Source: an uncultured Gammaproteobacteria bacterium
Lineage (GTDB): Bacteria > Pseudomonadota > Gammaproteobacteria > Magnimaribacterales > D2472
DNA: 44,917 nucleotides
Reading direction: 5' to 3'
NCBI GenBank assembly: GCA_964455855.1
Contig: CAYVYQ010000003.1
Span: forward strand, 1-44,917
Below are positions 41,093-44,917 of the stretch, one piece after another. The position numbers were made by a program, and so were the translations under genes. The notes beneath the pieces are model-generated. The model had not been told where the DNA came from, made no database searches, and saw only the letters and a list, made by a program, of their open reading frames with translations. Positions within the stretch are counted from its first letter, which is position 1, and the number at the start of each line of letters is the position of its first letter.

Positions 41093-41836
41093 TTATTTAT
41101 TTTTTTTAGCAAAAAATTTTTCTACTGCTTTTATATTATCCTCTGAGCCAAATAGCTTTTTCATAGCTGCGGTTTCCATGGATCGAGATTTAGCAAGATC
41201 TTCTTGCATGAATGCTTTCAATATAGCTTTAGTTTCAATGATTGAACTCAGTGATTGTTCTTTGAGCATATGAGCGTATTTATTTGCCTCATCGAAAAAA
41301 TCCTCGCCAACATATTTAGCTAAACCTAGCTCATGATATCTATTGCCATCTATTGGCTGAGATTCAAATAACAGTTGTGCGGCTTGTTGATACCCTAGAG
41401 ATTGAAAAAGCAAAAAAGAACTGCCCACTTCAGGAGCCAATCCCAAATCAGAAAATGGATATTTAATCTTTGCATTTGGAGCAATGAAGACAGCATCAAA
41501 ATGCAAAAGAATTGTTGCCCCGCCTCCTACAGCTGCACCCTCAACGGCTCCAATTAATGGCTTTTTAAAATTAATCAATGCATCAATACATGTTTCAAAT
41601 GGCTCTTCATACTCAGCACCACCATCTCCCATCATGCTGCTTAAATCAACACCGGATGAAAAAGTGTTTGAAGATCCTGTCACTACTACTGAGGAAATAT
41701 CTGGATCGTCACTGGCAGAATTTAATGCGTCTCTAAAAAGACCCCATAATTCTGCATCAAATGCATTTTTCGTCTCAGGACGATTAAATATAAGGGTGCG
41801 AACACCCTCATTGGTTTCTACTAGAAGTTTGCTCAC
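41093..41836 (-). CDS. Enoyl-CoA hydratase/isomerase
   Basis: NRPETKNA, FSSGVDL, GAAVGGG, LGLAPE; GTG start overlapping upstream TGA. Confidence 0.9.
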   Translation of the reverse strand: MSKLLVETNEGVRTLIFNRPETKNAFDAELWGLFRDALNSASDDPDISSVVVTGSSNTFSSGVDLSSMMGDGGAEYEEPFETCIDALINFKKPLIGAVEGAAVGGGATILLHFDAVFIAPNAKIKYPFSDLGLAPEVGSSFLLFQSLGYQQAAQLLFESQPIDGNRYHELGLAKYVGEDFFDEANKYAHMLKEQSLSSIIETKAILKAFMQEDLAKSRSMETAAMKKLFGSEDNIKAVEKFFAKKNK

Positions 41837-42630
41837 TTTCCTTTAAAGTTTGGTTTTCTTTTTTCAGCAAATGCTGTCAATCCTTCCATCATGTCTTCTG
41901 TAGAAAAAATTGGTTGGCCTATTTCAAGTTCTTTTTCTAAAGCCTCAGCCTCTGTATAACTTTCATCAATCTCACGTAGTGATTTCACAATAGCTTGAAT
42001 AGATAAAGGAGCATTTTCACTAACAGTTTCAGCAATCTCCATAGCTTTTTCTAATGCACTTCCATCTTCTACAACGTGACCAATCAAACCAAATCTTAAG
42101 GCTTCGTCGGAAGAAATTCGTCTACCAGTTAATAGGGCCTCAGCCGCAAGAGTGTATGGAATTTGTCGTCTCAGTCTTACAGTAGAACCACCTAATGGGA
42201 ATAGGCCTCTGAGTGGTTCTGATAAACCAAATACTGCGCTTTTGCCGGCAACTCTGATATCAGTTCCTTGTAAAATTTCTGTGCCACCAGCAAGGGCAAA
42301 GCCTTCAACGGCAGCGATGATTGGTTTAGTTGGTCTGTTATGTCTAAGCAAGGATTGCCAATGTAAATCAGGAATCTCCTTAAGCTTTTCCATCATATCA
42401 GAATCTTCATTACCATCTTTCATGGCACTTAGATCGGCCCCAGAGCAGAAGGTTCCTCCAGCACCGGTTAGAACTGCGCATCGCAAGTTAGGATCTTCAT
42501 CAAGCTTTCTCCAGGCTTCATAAATAGTTACAAGCATGCCTGGGCTCAAAGCATTCCGTTTTTCAGGACGATTAAGTGTGATCACCATAATGTGACCTTT
42601 TTCTTCTACTATTGCGTGATCTGTATTCAT
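41833..42630 (-). CDS. Enoyl-CoA hydratase, EchA19-like
   Basis: FCSGADL, AGGTEILQGTDIRVAG, GLFPLGGSTVRLRRQIPYT; adjacent to ltp3/ltp4-like genes. Confidence 0.88.
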   Translation of the reverse strand: MNTDHAIVEEKGHIMVITLNRPEKRNALSPGMLVTIYEAWRKLDEDPNLRCAVLTGAGGTFCSGADLSAMKDGNEDSDMMEKLKEIPDLHWQSLLRHNRPTKPIIAAVEGFALAGGTEILQGTDIRVAGKSAVFGLSEPLRGLFPLGGSTVRLRRQIPYTLAAEALLTGRRISSDEALRFGLIGHVVEDGSALEKAMEIAETVSENAPLSIQAIVKSLREIDESYTEAEALEKELEIGQPIFSTEDMMEGLTAFAEKRKPNFKGK

Positions 42631-42643
42631 AAAGCTCCTCTAA

Positions 42644-43792
42644 CTAGTCAAGTGATGATGATACTATCCACATAGCAAAAAATTGTGCAGCACCGCCGTA
42701 TGCATGACCCATTGCAACTTTAGCATCTTCAACTTGATGGTCCTCTGCCAATCCCATGACTTGAAGTGCAGCCTCACCAAATCTAATCATCCCTGATGCG
42801 CCAATTGGATTAGAGGATAAAACTCCACCAGACATATTAAATGGAAGCTCGCCATCAATTGCAGTTGCATCTTTATCTGTTAGCTTCCAACCTTCCCCTA
42901 AATCACAAAATCCGAGGTTCTCTAACCACATTGGTTCATACCAGGAAAATGGGACATAAATCTCAGCACAATCAATTTCATTAAATGGATTGCTAATACC
43001 CGCTTGATTGTAAATATCTTTTGCGCAATCAATTCCAGCTTGAGGATTTACTTCATCCCTTCCAGCTGACAAAGTGCCTTCTGATCTGACTGCCATACCT
43101 TTAATCCATGCAACGTTTCTTGAACCAACTTGATCTTGTGCAGTAATAACCATCGCACATGCACCATCGGAAGATGGGCAGCTTTCAAGATAGCGCAAAG
43201 GCTCCCAGAGCATAGGGGTGTCACTTACCATTTTTTCATCGATACCAGGAATGTGGAGATGAGCTAATGGGTTTTTTAGTGCATTTTGACGATCCTTGGC
43301 TGCGACTTTCCAACCAATATGTTCAGGTGCCTCATATCGACGAATGTATTCCCTAATGAAAGGAGCAAAGTAACCACCGGCTCCAGCATTTATATGCGGA
43401 GAGTATGGATATCGAGGAGATAAAGCCCATGTCGCATTGGATTCAGATTGTTTTTCAAAAGTCACTGTTAGCACTGTCTTAAACTGGCCTGAGCAAACAT
43501 GCGATGCAGCAATCACTGCGGTGCTTCCCCCAACACTGCCAGCGGTGTGAACTCGCAACACAGGCTTGCCCACAGCTCCAATTGCATCAGCTAAATATAA
43601 TTCGGGCATGATGACGCCTTCAAACATGTCTGGTGCCTTGCCTAAGATCACTGCATCAATAGCATCCCATTCAAGGTTGGCTGCTAGCATTGCATTGTCA
43701 ATGGCCTCTCTTACCAATCCAGCCATGGAAACATCACGTCTCTTAGCATCATATTTTGTCTGCCCAACGCCTATTACTCCTGCTTGAATCAT
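42644..43792 (-). CDS. ltp3: SCP2-type thiolase-fold protein, Ltp3-like
   Basis: GKAPDMFEGV, RVHTAGSVGGST, EKQSESNA, EIYVPFSWYE, GGVLSSNPIGASG, GHAYGG. Confidence 0.85.
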   Translation of the reverse strand: MIQAGVIGVGQTKYDAKRRDVSMAGLVREAIDNAMLAANLEWDAIDAVILGKAPDMFEGVIMPELYLADAIGAVGKPVLRVHTAGSVGGSTAVIAASHVCSGQFKTVLTVTFEKQSESNATWALSPRYPYSPHINAGAGGYFAPFIREYIRRYEAPEHIGWKVAAKDRQNALKNPLAHLHIPGIDEKMVSDTPMLWEPLRYLESCPSSDGACAMVITAQDQVGSRNVAWIKGMAVRSEGTLSAGRDEVNPQAGIDCAKDIYNQAGISNPFNEIDCAEIYVPFSWYEPMWLENLGFCDLGEGWKLTDKDATAIDGELPFNMSGGVLSSNPIGASGMIRFGEAALQVMGLAEDHQVEDAKVAMGHAYGGAAQFFAMWIVSSSLD

Positions 43793-44844
43793 TTTTGTGC
43801 CTCTAGGTGGACTAGCATGTTGTGTTGAAGACAGGGACCAGAAGTTGCGTGAGCCAAGCCATGAGTGAATTGATTATCTTTAAGTGATTCATAGGTCTTG
43901 CCGATTGCATCAAGCCCTGCACACATCATTACGTTTCCAACCAATGGGCCGCCTGAAAGATTGGTTGGAACATCTTGAAGATTTAATAAAGATTTTAAAA
44001 AAGGTAGTTCATGACTAAACTGGGTGTGTAATTCGGCAACATCAAACTTTATATTTTTTAAATTTAATTGGTTCATTGAAGCTTGCAAAGTATCAGAGGT
44101 AGCAAGATTCCTAGAGCCTAGGTTTGATGATTCAATTCTGTGATCAATGCCCTCTATCCAAATAGGATGATCTGTAAATTCATAAGCTTTTTCTTCTGAT
44201 GCAATAATCATCGCAGAGGAACCGTCTGAAATTGGTGGGCAATCTAACTTATTTAATGGCGAAGATACCATTGCATTCTTTAAATAATCTGACTCATCAA
44301 TTAGATCAGTGATTAAGGCGTTCTTATTATTTTTTGAGTTAGCCCTTGCTTCAATGACTGTCGCGAGCATTTGCTCTGAGGTAATGACATTTTGATCAAG
44401 CAGAACTCTGGCTTGCAGAGCCGCTAAACTAACTCGGTCAGGCCATAAAGGAGAAATATAGTATGGATCCATTTGAAGGGAAATAATTGCATCCAAATCT
44501 CCGGGAGATGATTTCCCAAACCCATATATTAGGGCTGTCTCAGCATCACCCATTTGAATTTTTAGCATTGACTCATACATGGCCCATGCTGCATCCATTT
44601 CTACGTGAGATTCTTTTATTGGTGGATTGGTTTGAATGGCAGACAAACCCTCCACAAAAGCAAAAGCCGCTCCTTGTAGATAATCACAACTGCCAGAGCA
44701 GGTAAAATCAATGTCCTTTTGGCTGATACCCAAATTATTAAACAGCTGATGCACCACCGGCATGATGAGTTCAACCTCATTCAACGCTCCTGCATTTTTT
44801 AATATTGGATGTTGAGCATACCCAACGATAGCGACTCTTTTCAT
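43789..44844 (-). CDS. ltp4: Thiolase-fold lipid-transfer protein, Ltp4-like
   Basis: FTCSGSCDYLQG, PPIKESHVEMDAAWA, GFGKSS, AHATSGPCLQHN. Confidence 0.85.
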   Translation of the reverse strand: MKRVAIVGYAQHPILKNAGALNEVELIMPVVHQLFNNLGISQKDIDFTCSGSCDYLQGAAFAFVEGLSAIQTNPPIKESHVEMDAAWAMYESMLKIQMGDAETALIYGFGKSSPGDLDAIISLQMDPYYISPLWPDRVSLAALQARVLLDQNVITSEQMLATVIEARANSKNNKNALITDLIDESDYLKNAMVSSPLNKLDCPPISDGSSAMIIASEEKAYEFTDHPIWIEGIDHRIESSNLGSRNLATSDTLQASMNQLNLKNIKFDVAELHTQFSHELPFLKSLLNLQDVPTNLSGGPLVGNVMMCAGLDAIGKTYESLKDNQFTHGLAHATSGPCLQHNMLVHLEAQK

Positions 44845-44917
44845 GATTCTTGGAACCTCAATGTTGCAACATCTACATCTGGTTCATCGATAGGAGCAAA
44901 CCATTTAATATTTTCTA
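44841..44917 (-). CDS. Partial CDS (3' end), probable Zn-ribbon/OB-fold DUF35 partner of Ltp3/Ltp4
   Basis: ...ENIKWFAPIDEPDVDVATLRFQES*, TGA overlaps ltp4 ATG; position and tail resemble the OB-fold gene preceding ltp4 in actinobacteria. Confidence 0.55.
   Translation of the reverse strand, partial: ENIKWFAPIDEPDVDVATLRFQES

Overview
AT-rich, very compact bacterial chromosome segment with many overlapping or abutting genes. Gene content and order (trxB / ftsK-lolA-crcB-serS, two TonB-dependent receptors, oadGAB, a TorF-type porin with two glnK-amt pairs, many lipid and acyl-CoA enzymes) suggest a streamlined marine gammaproteobacterium, SAR86-like (inference). I see no rRNA, tRNA, CRISPR array, transposase or prophage. 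Main points: (1) ftsK seems to start at a non-canonical ATC codon behind a clear AGGAG Shine-Dalgarno, about 80 codons upstream of the called ORF, and a lipoprotein seems to start at ATT; (2) an actinobacterial-type OB-fold/ltp4/ltp3/echA19 sterol side-chain cluster lies at the right end; (3) an MGME1/phage-type PD-(D/E)XK exonuclease sits inside a metabolic operon; (4) both glnK-amt units have sigma54 promoters and one has NtrC boxes; (5) several genes look leaderless; (6) two small membrane proteins are missing from the ORF track.
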